Shown: positions 19,545 through 32,110, counted from the stretch's first letter. The stretch is DNA of 64,000 bases from an uncultured delta proteobacterium (GCA_963798485.1 CAWCTR010000018.1:32573-96572); one strand, 5' to 3'. Numbers and translations are program-made. Notes: generated by a model not told the origin, from the letters alone.

Positions 19545-21876
19545 CTTCGCTGTACGTGCACTCAGGGTTCGGGCAGATCAGCTTGGTCCCCTTCTTGACG
19601 AGGAAACCTGCGCTGCAGCCTGAGCATTCCTTGATAACGGGCTTGGTCCAGCTGATGAATTTGCATTCCTTTTCGGAACAGGAATAGAACGACTTTCCCT
19701 TCTTTGAGCGCTGTTGGACGATCTCGCCCTTGCATCCAGGCATGGCGCACTTGATGCCCAGCGGGTAGGGCATGATGTTCTTGCACTTGGGATAGGCGCT
19801 GCACGCCAGGAACGACCCGTAACGGCCGTGGCGTATAACCATCTGCGCCCCGCACTTGTCGCATATCCGATCCGTCGGTTCAGGCGCCCTGGTGATACGC
19901 TTGGTGTTCTTGCATTCCGGATAGTTGCTGCAGGCCATGAAGGGGCCGAACCTGCCTCGCTTCATTACCATGGGAGAGCCGCATTTCTCGCAGACCTCTC
20001 CTGTCTCTTCGGCCTTTATTGCCTCTGCTGCGCGGATTTTTCCCGATTCGTCGCGGGTGAACTCCTTGGTGTTCGTACAGTCCGGGTAGCCTGCGCAACC
20101 GAGGAAATAACCGTTTTTGCCGAGCTTGATAAGCATCTCCTTGCCGCAGACCTCGCACATCAAGCCCGACGGACGCTGCTGGGCCTTGAGGTTTTCCATG
20201 TTCACCAGCGCGCTTTCATGCTCGGTATTGTAGGTCTGGTAGAAATCTCTCATTACCTTCGTATAAGCCTCCTGGCCTTCCTCGATGAGGTCAAGCGAGT
20301 CTTCCATCTTTGCGGTAAAGCCGATATCAAGGATATTGGGATAGTGCCTTACCAGCAAGGTGTTCACATCCCTTCCAAGCTCTGTCGGTATGAATGAGCG
20401 CGCCTCCATCCTTACATAACCCCTGTCGACGATGGTGGAGATGGTGGGGGCATAGGTGCTCGGCCTGCCGATTCCCTTGTCTTCAAGCTCCTTGATAAGG
20501 CTCGCCTCGGTGTAGCGTGGGGGAGGCTGGGTGAAATGCTGTTCCTTATCCACCTTTTGCAGCCTGAGGGTGTCTCCCTCCTTGACGGAATCGGGAAGCC
20601 TGCTTTCATCTTCATCGCCGTTGATGTCATAGATTTTCAGGAAGCCGTCAAAGGTCATGATCGAGCCGCCGGCCCTCAGGCCCACATCACCGGCAGAGAT
20701 ATCCACACTTGTCTGATCAAAGGTGGCGCTATTCATCTGGGATGCGATGAAGCGTTTCCAGATGAGGTCATAGAGGGCGAACTGGTCGTCATTCAGGAAG
20801 GGCCGTAAGGACTCCGGGGTGTTCGTAAGGCTCGTGGGCCTGATGGCCTCGTGGGCCTCCTGGGCGCTCTTTTTGGCCTTGTAACGCCTGGGCTTTTCAG
20901 GCAGATAAGGTTCTCCGAAGGTCTCAGGTATGAATCGCCTCACCTCGCCTATAGCCTCTTCCGAGATGACCGGGGAATCGGTGCGCATATAGGTGATGAG
21001 GCCTGTGATCTCATCAGCTCCAATGGGCAGACCCTCATAGAGCTGCTGTGCGAGCATCATGGTCTTTTTGGCTGAATACCTCAAACGAGAGGATGCCGCC
21101 TGCTGAAGGGTCGAGGTGATGAATGGCGGGAGCGGGTTCTTTGTGCGCACCTGCCGTGTGATCTTCTGGATGGTTATAGCAGCGGCGGCATTGATCTTTT
21201 CGACGAGTTCAAGCGCTGCCCCGCCGTCCGGGATCTCCTTAGGTATGACGACCTTGGCGATAAAGGTATCGCCTGCAGGTGTCATAAGGAGCGCCTCTAC
21301 CGTCCAATACTCCCGTGCGACAAAGGACTCTATTTCCTCCTGGCGCATGCATATGAGCCGGAGCGCAACGGACTGTACCCTGCCGCCTGAAAGGCCCCGC
21401 TTGACATTTTTCCACAACAACGGGCTCATGGTATATCCCACGATCCGGTCCATGGACCGCCTGGCCATCTGGGCATCGTAGAGCTGGTGGTTCAGCCCCT
21501 TCGGGCTTTTCAGTGCCTCATCGATGGCCTTTTTGGTAATTTCATGGAAAATGATGCGATAAACAGCCGAATCGGGCTTCTTGATCTCTTCTGCAACATG
21601 CCATGCTATGGCCTCGCCCTCACGGTCAGGGTCGGATGCGAGATAGACCGTGTCGGCCTTATCCGCAAGGCTTTTTATCTTCTTCACTACATCACGCTTG
21701 GTGGGTATCACCTTGTATCCCGGCAGAAAGCCATTCTCAATGTCTATGCTGATCTTGCTCTTGGGCAGGTCCTTGATGTGGCCCATGGTGGCCTCCACCT
21801 CGAAGCCTTTTCCAAGATATCGCTTGATGGTCCTTGCCTTGGCAGGTGACTCTACGATTACCAGAGATTTAGCCAT
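19531..21876 (-). CDS. topA: DNA topoisomerase I with five C-terminal Zn-ribbon-like Cys clusters
   Basis: LVIVESPAKA, DPDREGE, GRVQS, ITYMRTD, QEAHEAIRPT, GIGRPSTY. Confidence 0.98.
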   Translation of the reverse strand: MAKSLVIVESPAKARTIKRYLGKGFEVEATMGHIKDLPKSKISIDIENGFLPGYKVIPTKRDVVKKIKSLADKADTVYLASDPDREGEAIAWHVAEEIKKPDSAVYRIIFHEITKKAIDEALKSPKGLNHQLYDAQMARRSMDRIVGYTMSPLLWKNVKRGLSGGRVQSVALRLICMRQEEIESFVAREYWTVEALLMTPAGDTFIAKVVIPKEIPDGGAALELVEKINAAAAITIQKITRQVRTKNPLPPFITSTLQQAASSRLRYSAKKTMMLAQQLYEGLPIGADEITGLITYMRTDSPVISEEAIGEVRRFIPETFGEPYLPEKPRRYKAKKSAQEAHEAIRPTSLTNTPESLRPFLNDDQFALYDLIWKRFIASQMNSATFDQTSVDISAGDVGLRAGGSIMTFDGFLKIYDINGDEDESRLPDSVKEGDTLRLQKVDKEQHFTQPPPRYTEASLIKELEDKGIGRPSTYAPTISTIVDRGYVRMEARSFIPTELGRDVNTLLVRHYPNILDIGFTAKMEDSLDLIEEGQEAYTKVMRDFYQTYNTEHESALVNMENLKAQQRPSGLMCEVCGKEMLIKLGKNGYFLGCAGYPDCTNTKEFTRDESGKIRAAEAIKAEETGEVCEKCGSPMVMKRGRFGPFMACSNYPECKNTKRITRAPEPTDRICDKCGAQMVIRHGRYGSFLACSAYPKCKNIMPYPLGIKCAMPGCKGEIVQQRSKKGKSFYSCSEKECKFISWTKPVIKECSGCSAGFLVKKGTKLICPNPECTYSEDALS

Positions 21877-22960
21877 TCATGCTCCTTAGTGCGTATCTAT
21901 TTCCTTCAATCCGTTCGACGGCCCCGGTGAGTTCGAGCATACTGACCCTTCGACTTGCTTCCATAACGTCTATATTGAGTTGAATAGCGATGTCATCGAT
22001 ACTCAACGGCGATGCGGCCACCAGGGTAAGAATATCATCGGTTCCTGTCAAGGACGGCTTAAATTTCTTGAGTAGGCCCTTTATCTGGGGTGCAATCTCA
22101 GAGAGCACGTCATCCGCATCCTGGATAAGGACCGCGCCCTGGCGGATAAGTTGGTGCGTGCCCTGTGAGCGGACATTCGTAACATTGCCGGGGACAGCCA
22201 TGATGAGTTTGCCCTGTTCGAGGGCATAGCGTGCCGTGATCATGGCGCCGGATCTCAAGGTCGCCTCCACAATAATTACACCCTGGCACAGCCCTGAAAT
22301 GATCCGGTTCCGCCTGGGGAAATTTTTGGCATCAGGGCTGGTTCCCGGAGGGAGTTCCGTAATGACGGCGCCCTTGGCGGCAATGCGCTCGAAGAGCGTT
22401 GCGTGCTCAGGGGGATAGATAACATCAATACCGGAACCCAGCACGGCTATTGTCCCGGCAACACCATCCAGCGCGCCAAGGTGCGCCTGAGCATCTATGC
22501 CACGGGCAAGGCCCGATATGACGGATATGCCCTGGACACTCAAGCTCTGCGCAAGCCTGAAGGCCATATCCTTTCCATAATGGGAAGGAGACCGTGTGCC
22601 CACAATGGCTACGGCGGGCTCCATATCATCAAGGCCGCCCTTGACATAGAGCACACTCGGCGGGTCATCGATTTCTTTTAATATTTGAGGATAGGCAGGG
22701 TCATCCACGCAAACGGCATAGGCCTTGATGGAATCGAGTTTGCACAACACCTCTTTCACCCGCTTGTCATTTGGGCCGCTTGCAAAGGAATCGAGCTGTG
22801 CCTTATTCAGGATGCCGAGGTCTTTGAGTTCGGAGATCGGCTTGGCAAGGATGGTTTCAGGGGTTCCATAGATCTGAAGGAGCCTCTGCACTGTTCTTGG
22901 GCCAATGGCCGGCAAGAGGTCTAATGCGATCCATGCCTCAATCATGCTCATACGGGACAA
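21869..22960 (-). CDS. dprA: DNA-processing protein DprA/Smf
   Basis: VAIVGTR, SGLARGID, FPRRNRIISGL, SGAMITA; conserved dprA-topA-trmFO order. Confidence 0.95.
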   Translation of the reverse strand: MSRMSMIEAWIALDLLPAIGPRTVQRLLQIYGTPETILAKPISELKDLGILNKAQLDSFASGPNDKRVKEVLCKLDSIKAYAVCVDDPAYPQILKEIDDPPSVLYVKGGLDDMEPAVAIVGTRSPSHYGKDMAFRLAQSLSVQGISVISGLARGIDAQAHLGALDGVAGTIAVLGSGIDVIYPPEHATLFERIAAKGAVITELPPGTSPDAKNFPRRNRIISGLCQGVIIVEATLRSGAMITARYALEQGKLIMAVPGNVTNVRSQGTHQLIRQGAVLIQDADDVLSEIAPQIKGLLKKFKPSLTGTDDILTLVAASPLSIDDIAIQLNIDVMEASRRVSMLELTGAVERIEGNRYALRSMNG

Positions 22961-23166
22961 TCCTTCTCCAGGATTTGGGAGGCTATAAGAACTCGACTGT
23001 TCATGTCAAGGATCATTATAAATAAATGGATATAAGGGTTAATAAATGAGATGCTGCCGAAAAATCCCAATTGTTTGCCTAATGAAAGGGAAAACAATTG
23101 CCACTTTTCAGTAATGAGATCCCCATGATTAACTCATAACATGATAATAGTATGATTAATATTGTG

Positions 23167-23182
23167 GGGCATAGTTTTTGCT
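23167..23182 (+). promoter_or_regulatory. Sigma54 (-24/-12) promoter candidate
   Basis: GGCATAGTTTTTGCT = GG-N10-GC; inverted repeat CAATTGTTT/AAACAATTG at 23068-23100 upstream. Confidence 0.6.
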
Positions 23183-23283
23183 GTATTAATTGATAATGAT
23201 CAATTTTGATAGTCCACTTTATCCAATGAGATTATCAGGGGAAGGCTCTTGAACGGCCACATCCACGTAAGAGGAAGATAGTT

Positions 23284-23445
23284 ATGAAGAGAGTGTTGAT
23301 TATTCTGGCTGCCGCGGCATCTCTGTGGATACCTGAATACCTGTGGGCAATGGATGGGGTCTCTGATCCCGGTCTTTTATCCTGCCCCCATCAAGTCAGT
23401 GTAAACATGAATATCGATTGTTCAGTGGGCGGTCCTTGTTATTAG
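23284..23445 (+). CDS. Small secreted Cys-containing peptide (53 aa), unannotated
   Basis: MKRVLIILAAAASLWIPEYLWA-MDGVSDPGLLSCPHQVSVNMNIDCSVGGPCY; AAGAGG SD; signal-peptide-like N-terminus. Confidence 0.55.
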   Translation: MKRVLIILAAAASLWIPEYLWAMDGVSDPGLLSCPHQVSVNMNIDCSVGGPCY

Positions 23446-23725
23446 TTTTCACGAAATCACGAAATCAGCGGATTTATCAAATGCCCAAAAAGATAAAGTA
23501 CGTGCCACTATCGCTACTCCAAGCATAGGGCCTGAAAAGTACAGATATCTTTAGCAGTTCTTCGGTTTTTGGATATAATCAAATTCGACAAGTTATCGAA
23601 GAAACATTCACTATATGCAAAGCGGTGATTTTGGCATGATATCTTCACTTTTCCATGCCCCTTTTCTGATGATTATGAAAAGGAATGCTCTGAAAAACCT
23701 CTTGGCCTTGGCATATTATCATCAG

Positions 23726-24556
23726 TCAGAGACAACCAGATATTAATTGCATTTGACCATGAGATCGTTTCCACCCTATTGTAGCATATAGCCATAGGTC
23801 TACGACTAGAACAGCTTGTTCTCCCCGTGCTTCTGAGTCTGCTATATCTTTCCAAATCCTCTGAAGTCCTCTATCGAAATCGGCTTGAGGCAGAATTCCC
23901 AACTGCGAAACTATTGTCTTGTCTAAAAGACCATCTTCTATTGCCTTACGTGCAGGGAAACGCATCGCCAAGTGTTGTGCTTCGACTGTATGGCATTCGG
24001 AAAAGCCTGCCTCTTGCATAAGCTCCTCAAGTGCTGAGGTAGATAGATAGCGTCTCAGGTCATGATCGAGCACACTCTCGAAGTAGTCATAAACGAACCA
24101 TTGATCACGGGCCTTGTGCGGATCCAGACCAATAATTAGCAAGCCCCCATCGGGATTTAGAACACGAAAGGCCTCTGATACAAATTGGGATTTCTCTTCA
24201 AAATGGTGCACTGCGTTGATACAAAACAATTTATCGAACGTATCTTTCTCCCAAGGTATTTTGTCGGCATACCCCTGTTTCAGATCCCTGCTCGTTACAT
24301 GAGTCCTGGCTTGCTGAAGCATCTGTGGTGAAGGGTCCATACCGGATACCTGAAAACCGTGGCTTTCCAGAATCGCGAGCCAATGCCCGGTGCCGCAGCC
24401 TACCTCAAGAACTCTATTGGTGGAGTTGTTTCTGGTAAAAGTCAGAAGCACATGTTCTATATCATGGAAAGAGATCCCGTCATAGCGGCGGTCGTACTTG
24501 TCAGCTGCATTGCGATAGTCCATGGATCGCGTCATGACTTGCTCTGTAAGCACCAT
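23726..24556 (-). CDS. Class I SAM-dependent methyltransferase
   Basis: VLEVGCGTG, GMDPS, RVLNPDG motifs. Confidence 0.88.
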   Translation of the reverse strand: MVLTEQVMTRSMDYRNAADKYDRRYDGISFHDIEHVLLTFTRNNSTNRVLEVGCGTGHWLAILESHGFQVSGMDPSPQMLQQARTHVTSRDLKQGYADKIPWEKDTFDKLFCINAVHHFEEKSQFVSEAFRVLNPDGGLLIIGLDPHKARDQWFVYDYFESVLDHDLRRYLSTSALEELMQEAGFSECHTVEAQHLAMRFPARKAIEDGLLDKTIVSQLGILPQADFDRGLQRIWKDIADSEARGEQAVLVVDLWLYATIGWKRSHGQMQLISGCL

Positions 24557-24593
24557 CCTTCAAATATAAATTATCATAATGTGTTACTGACAG

Positions 24594-25265
24594 TTATACT
24601 ACTCTCACATTAGGTTTGACAGCACTATAGAGACTCATTGTTCCAAAAACCGTTAAGAAATTTTTACAGACTGCAACGTAATCAAATCCGCATTTTCGGA
24701 ACATCTCGGGCAGGAGGCCTTTTACGTTGTCTGATGTTGTATTGAAGCCATCGAGGATCTGAATGAGATAAAACAAGGAGCGCATCAGTAAATTGGTGGG
24801 CTTACCCCAGTCCGCGACATGTACTTGCCCACCGGGTTTCAATATTCGATGAATCTCCTGTATGGTGGTGATTTTCTGGGTTTTACTTAAATGGTGAAAA
24901 AACAGGCTTGATACCACCCTATCAAAACTGTTTTCCGGGAATGGCAGCTGCGTTGAGAAGCAGCAATAGTACCGGACATCCGCATCATTCTTTCTGGCTT
25001 TCCCCCTGGCAATGGCTAAAACCTGAAGGTCGCCGTCTATGCAGAATATTTCTGCTTTGGTTGTGGTCTTTTTCATCTGAACGGCAAAGGTTCCAGTGCC
25101 ACATCCGACATCCAGGACAAAGTTTCCGTGCTGTATGTCAGTCTGGCTTAAGAGTTGCAATTTGACGCTCTTCTCTCTGCAGGTGAGGGAGACGATAGGG
25201 TCATATATCGGAGTAAGAAAACGATATCCAAGAGCTGGAATGTATCTTTCTCTTGAAGTTTCCAT
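24594..25265 (-). CDS. Class I SAM-dependent methyltransferase
   Basis: VLDVGCGTG, LPFPENSFDRV, RILKPGG; GAGGAGG SD before METSRE. Confidence 0.88.
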   Translation of the reverse strand: METSRERYIPALGYRFLTPIYDPIVSLTCREKSVKLQLLSQTDIQHGNFVLDVGCGTGTFAVQMKKTTTKAEIFCIDGDLQVLAIARGKARKNDADVRYYCCFSTQLPFPENSFDRVVSSLFFHHLSKTQKITTIQEIHRILKPGGQVHVADWGKPTNLLMRSLFYLIQILDGFNTTSDNVKGLLPEMFRKCGFDYVAVCKNFLTVFGTMSLYSAVKPNVRVV

Positions 25266-25381
25266 TTCGACTTCCTCCTCTCTGGTATCTTCATAATTCA
25301 TTCTCATCCAACTATAGTTATGAATATCAATATAACCACAGATTGTCATTGAGCAGCCTGATCTGAACAGAAGATCTCATG

Positions 25382-25717
25382 CTACATTTTCTTCTTCTTG
25401 ATGATTTTCCTCATCTGGGTTGAATGGGCCAGGACATCACCTGCTGTCATAGCTGCTCCAACATGTATTGCCTCCATCATTTCATCACTGGATACACCAA
25501 GAGAGAGACATTTGTTGGTGTAGGCATCTATGCAATAGGGACAATGACGCACGGTTGCGATGGTTGGGGCGATTAATGCCTTCTCCCGTTCAGTAAGTAC
25601 ACTGGAGCCTGTAGCCTGGGTATAGTACTCAAAGAATTTTACACTCTGTTCGGATGCATACTCAGTAATGTTCGGGAAGTCAGCCAGATCCTTGGGTTCA
25701 TAGTAATTGTTGGACAT
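25382..25717 (-). CDS. AhpD/carboxymuconolactone decarboxylase-family protein (arsenosugar-cluster peroxidase-like type)
   Basis: YY...DL..F, FF.YY, REKALIA, CPYCIDAY, MMEAIHV pattern. Confidence 0.8.
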   Translation of the reverse strand: MSNNYYEPKDLADFPNITEYASEQSVKFFEYYTQATGSSVLTEREKALIAPTIATVRHCPYCIDAYTNKCLSLGVSSDEMMEAIHVGAAMTAGDVLAHSTQMRKIIKKKKM

Positions 25718-25904
25718 TCACTTGTCCTTTTTAAATGGTATATGTTTCATAAGAAATCCTGTACGAGAAGCTATTAAGCGTTTTCCTCTTCACTTTGTAT
25801 GTACTATATTCAGTGATATAAGAACATCAAAAGCAAAAAGTTATAAGCTAATCTTTTTCGGGAGCCTTAATACTCATCTCAAAGGAGAAGGAGGATAACC
25901 GGAT

Positions 25905-26471
25905 ATGGACTTTAGAGAACTCCTTAAAGTACGGAGGTCGATAAGGGAATTCGACGAGAAGGAAGTTCCATTGCCTTTGATCCATGAGATCATAGCCGAT
26001 GGGTGTGAAGCCCCAAACGGAGGCAACAGGCAACCCTGGGCTTTCAGTATTATTACGAATAAGGATATGATGAAGAGGCTGTCTGATGAGAGCAAGATCA
26101 ACATCCTCCTTGAAATAGATCGTAACCCAACTTCCAGTATAGCCACATACAAGATGGTTCTTCAGGATAAAGAGTTTAATGTCTTCTACAATGCACCCTG
26201 CCTCATCTACATTGCAGGGTTACGGAATGTTCATTCAGCAACTGTGGATTGTGCACTTGCTGCAAGCTACTTAATGCTTTCAGCTGCAGATCGTGGATTG
26301 GGAACCTGCTGGGTTAATCTCGGTTCGGTTATTAAGGATCAGGATTTACTCAAGGAGATAGGACTTCCTAAGGATTATGTAATAGTTGCTCCCATAATCC
26401 TTGGCTATCCGGTAAAGATCCCAGCAAAAACACCAAGGGATAAGCCGAAGATCCTAAAGATCATAAAATGA
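25905..26471 (+). CDS. Nitroreductase family protein
   Basis: RRSIREF, APNGGNRQPW, GLGTCWV, LGYP. Confidence 0.92.
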   Translation: MDFRELLKVRRSIREFDEKEVPLPLIHEIIADGCEAPNGGNRQPWAFSIITNKDMMKRLSDESKINILLEIDRNPTSSIATYKMVLQDKEFNVFYNAPCLIYIAGLRNVHSATVDCALAASYLMLSAADRGLGTCWVNLGSVIKDQDLLKEIGLPKDYVIVAPIILGYPVKIPAKTPRDKPKILKIIK

Positions 26472-26611
26472 TTGTCGAAAAAAGAAATCAATCCTCGTAC
26501 ACGCATCAGCAGTCAATCTATCTACAAAGTACTTTATTGAATAACCCCAGCATTTCTAATTCCTGAGATTCAAAGTCTCAATATAGAATTCTTACACTGT
26601 TTGATCAACTT

Positions 26612-27106
26612 GTGTGGCTCCCTCAGGTTCAATTTTCAGACCTGTGGCTCGCCAAGGATTCTCCCGAGACGTATAAGAAACAGATGGATGATGAAAATCT
26701 TGATGATCAGACCCGTAGTGTTCTGGAATCGGCATATAAATACATTGGCACTCCCTACCGTTGGGGAGGGACAACACCGGATGGATTTGATTGCTCAGGT
26801 TTCGTCAGGTATGTTTTCAATGAGAATGGCATTCCATTGGGAAGGTCATCACATGTACAGGTTCAAGAGGGAAAACCTGTTAGATTATCTGACCTGAAAC
26901 CGGGTGATCTCATATTCTTTAAAATGCGACATAGACGCAGGGATCGTTCTCATGTGAATCATGTTGGACTGTATGTAGGCAATAACAAATTCATTCATGC
27001 CGCATCTAACTCACGTAACCATGAGATTACTGTTGAAGATCTTGAGTCCAACCATTATTTACCCAGGATAGTGGCAGCACGAAGGGTTCTTGAGAATGTA
27101 AATTAA
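26612..27106 (+). CDS. NlpC/P60 (C40) peptidase; start uncertain
   Basis: IGTPYRWGG...GFDCSGF, PGDLIFF, HVGLYVG..FIHA. Confidence 0.88.
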   Translation: MWLPQVQFSDLWLAKDSPETYKKQMDDENLDDQTRSVLESAYKYIGTPYRWGGTTPDGFDCSGFVRYVFNENGIPLGRSSHVQVQEGKPVRLSDLKPGDLIFFKMRHRRRDRSHVNHVGLYVGNNKFIHAASNSRNHEITVEDLESNHYLPRIVAARRVLENVN

Positions 27107-27227
27107 TTAAGGTAGCCTGGCCGTCTTGATCTTTGAACATCGATAGAGGCTTCCTAAAATAACATTCCAAGTAATTATTCATTTCCCCCTAAACACCCTC
27201 TTGACTTTCAGAGATTTGCAGTTATTC

Positions 27228-27243
27228 AATAATCATTCTTATT
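27228..27243. promoter_or_regulatory. Fur/PerR-like operator
   Basis: AATAATCATTCTTATT (AATAA..TTATT arms, AATNATT core) just downstream of TTGACT at 27201, upstream of the Fur-family gene. Confidence 0.55.
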
Positions 27244-27272
27244 AAAGAACCTATCTTAATAACGGGTGCGCC

Positions 27273-27737
27273 ATGTCGAAACACCACAGAAAACTAGACA
27301 CATCAACGAATAGGCTTGATGATATGCTTTCAAAACTCAGGGATTGTGATTCCCGCATCACGCCCCAGAGAATAGCCATATTGACCATCCTGGCAGGCAG
27401 CGAGGAGCATCCTAGCGTGGAAGAAATCTACAAGCAGGTGAAAAAACAATTCCCTACAACAAGCCTGGCTACAGTGTATAAAACCGTATCTCTACTCAAG
27501 GAACTCAATGAAGTTCTTGAACTCGGGTTTCCTGATGGGAGTAACCGCTACGATGGCAGCAAACCCTTCCCACATCCCCATGTGATCTGTACGAGATGTA
27601 AAAAGATCATGGACCCCGAGCTTGTCCACCTTGGAGAAATCAGCAAGGAGATGAGCATGAAGACAGGATATAAGATCTTCTCCCACCGACTCGACTTTTT
27701 CGGCCTCTGCCCACAATGCCAGAAGAAGGAATTATAA
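27273..27737 (+). CDS. perR: Fur-family peroxide regulator (PerR-like)
   Basis: RITPQR, HPSVEEIY, SLATVYKT, HPHVICTRC, CPQC; upstream of katG. Confidence 0.82.
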   Translation: MSKHHRKLDTSTNRLDDMLSKLRDCDSRITPQRIAILTILAGSEEHPSVEEIYKQVKKQFPTTSLATVYKTVSLLKELNEVLELGFPDGSNRYDGSKPFPHPHVICTRCKKIMDPELVHLGEISKEMSMKTGYKIFSHRLDFFGLCPQCQKKEL

Positions 27738-27817
27738 ATAAGGAGGTTTCGGGAAGGACAGAAAAAAGGGAACAGGCCGACAACGGCTTGGCTACGAAAC
27801 ACTAGTATTCATAGTAG

Positions 27818-30019
<2,202 letters not shown>

Positions 30020-30070
30020 TCGTAGCATAAACGACTTTGAGGGCTTCTGACAGGATGGCGGAAAAATGGT

Positions 30071-30128
30071 CAAATAATACCGGTGCCAGCGGACGGCATA
30101 TCGCCGCCGCTGAACCGGATCTATTGGC
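30071..30128 (+). repeat. Degenerate attC-like palindrome
   Basis: AATAATACCGG-TGC-CAGCGGACGGC-atatc-GCCGCCGCTG-AA-CCGGATCTATTGG: bulged hairpin with decayed R''/R' boxes. Confidence 0.45.
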
Positions 30129-30575
30129 ATAGTAGTGATTGTTTTCTCTATCCTCTAAATTAATAAGTGTGAGGATATCAGAAGTCCACTTGAAGTGAAT
30201 ATATCATTGGAAGTCGAAACATCCGAACGTAATGATTATGCAATAAACTATACGATTATCTTGTTGATTTTAAATTATAGGTAATGTGCCATTATATTGG
30301 GTCAGGGCCTACTGAATATATCTTTTGGTAATCATCACACCCGGTCGATCAAGTACGAATCCATATAACTATAAGATATTGAAGCATCAGTAAAACTGTT
30401 GATTCATGTGTTAAATCATCGGTTGTGAGTATACCTAAAAAATGATGACCTCAAACCTTCAGTCTAGGCAAAGGGTGGGTTGCGGCATGATAGTTACGCT
30501 TTTCCTTATCAACAAGGAAAGCTTTAGACTGCATCACGCTCTTTCAACTGAAAAGTATGCTTGGCCGGATGATTC

Positions 30576-31805
30576 TCAATTCGTAGAGCTTGACGGCTGC
30601 TTCCACGCCTTTGCCATTTCTTGCGCCTGCGCAATTTGGGCCGGTGTCATCTGGTGCGCCATGGTATCGAGATTGGTGTTTGCAGTCTCTATACCTTGCT
30701 CCGCTGCGAGTTTGAAACATAAATAGGCCTGCATATAATCCTTTGGTACCCCGGTGCCGTTGCTGTACAGGAGCCCTAAATTGTACAATGCCTTGTCGTA
30801 ACCTTGCTCTGCAGCCTTCTGGAACCACTTGGCCGCCTCTTCATAGCTTTGTTGGACGCCCTTGCCGCCCGCGTACAGGAGTCCGAGATTGAACTGAATG
30901 ACTGCATCACCCTGTTCGGCTGCCATGAGGTACCACTTGGCCGCCTCAGCATAGTCCTGGGGCACCCCCAGGCCATGGTCAAAGAAATAACCGACATAAC
31001 CCTGCGAAAGGTTATTCCCCTGCTCTGCAGCCATGCGGAAGTAGTAGGCGGCATCGGAAAAATTCTGATGCACGCCCTCGCCGTTGAGATAAATAAACCC
31101 AAGGCTGCTCTGGGAATGGGTGTTTCCCTGTACGGCAGCCAAGGAGTACCACTTGATGGCCTCTGCATAGTTCTTTGCTACACCCGCTCCGTTGCTGTAG
31201 ATGTCTCCGAGAGTACTCTGTGACTCAACATTGCCTTGATCGGCAGCCTTGCGGTACCACCGCACGGCCTCTTTCAGATCCTGGGCTAAATCCTTGCCGT
31301 GATAATAGATATTCCCCAAGCCTCTTTGGGCCTCGACGTCACCTTGGATTGCTGCCTTGCGGTACCACTTTTCAGCCTGTACATAATCCTGCTTAACGCC
31401 CATGCCCCGGTAATAGATGAACCCGAGGTTGCTTTGCGCCTTTACATAACCCTGCCCCGAGGCCTCGGTGAACCATTTGGCAGCCTCGGCATAGTTGCGT
31501 GTTACCCCCATGCCTTTATAATACATGATGCCCAGGTTGAACTGGGCCTCCATGTTGCCGTTTTCCGCTGCCTTCCGGAACCACCTGGCTGCCTTGATAA
31601 AGTCCTGTGATACCCCCCACGCATTGATATACATGAGTCCAAGATTATACTGGGCTTGGGCATTTCCCTGCTCGGCAAGGGGAAGGATCTCGATGAGGGC
31701 ATGCTGGTAGTCTTTATTCCTTATTAGGGGAACGGATGTATTGCCGGCGCTGCACGAACAGACTAAAAAGGTTATTATGAGAATCAGGCATGATGTTTTT
31801 CTCAT
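30576..31805 (-). CDS. Sel1-repeat (SLR/TPR) exported protein, possible lipoprotein
   Basis: About nine 36-aa repeats AQxNLG.MY..G.GV.QD...A..W...AA.QG; signal peptide with Cys. Confidence 0.93.
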   Translation of the reverse strand: MRKTSCLILIITFLVCSCSAGNTSVPLIRNKDYQHALIEILPLAEQGNAQAQYNLGLMYINAWGVSQDFIKAARWFRKAAENGNMEAQFNLGIMYYKGMGVTRNYAEAAKWFTEASGQGYVKAQSNLGFIYYRGMGVKQDYVQAEKWYRKAAIQGDVEAQRGLGNIYYHGKDLAQDLKEAVRWYRKAADQGNVESQSTLGDIYSNGAGVAKNYAEAIKWYSLAAVQGNTHSQSSLGFIYLNGEGVHQNFSDAAYYFRMAAEQGNNLSQGYVGYFFDHGLGVPQDYAEAAKWYLMAAEQGDAVIQFNLGLLYAGGKGVQQSYEEAAKWFQKAAEQGYDKALYNLGLLYSNGTGVPKDYMQAYLCFKLAAEQGIETANTNLDTMAHQMTPAQIAQAQEMAKAWKQPSSSTN

Positions 31806-32110
31806 GGGTATCCCTCCCGTCATCACATTAAATAATACTGTATGGTTATATCCGATCTCTTCACCTTCCATGCTGCCTCAATCGGAATTCTAATATGTAG
31901 CATAATTTTGCTTGAGATGCAAGCCCAGAGTGATTTGGGTAGTGTCCTCCTCGACTTTGATTTTTTAGAATCTATTCTCATATGCCTCTTTCCGATAATC
32001 TATATTTTAAGATGTAATGCCTTGATGGAACGATTCTTCAAGGCCCTTTTATCTCAGTAGTCTTGAGAAAACGCTTGACAGAGAGCCCTTGTACGTGGAA
32101 ATACAAAGGG

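Noticed and set aside
26468-26611. In-frame TGA (26564) upstream of the NlpC/P60 ORF, possible selenocysteine read-through
   Set aside because: The upstream peptide has no signal or redox context and no SECIS-like hairpin is evident. No credible selenoprotein was found in the window.
30576-31805. 108-nt periodicity suggesting a CRISPR or tandem DNA array
   Set aside because: Explained by degenerate Sel1 protein repeats. No CRISPR array or cas gene was seen in the window.
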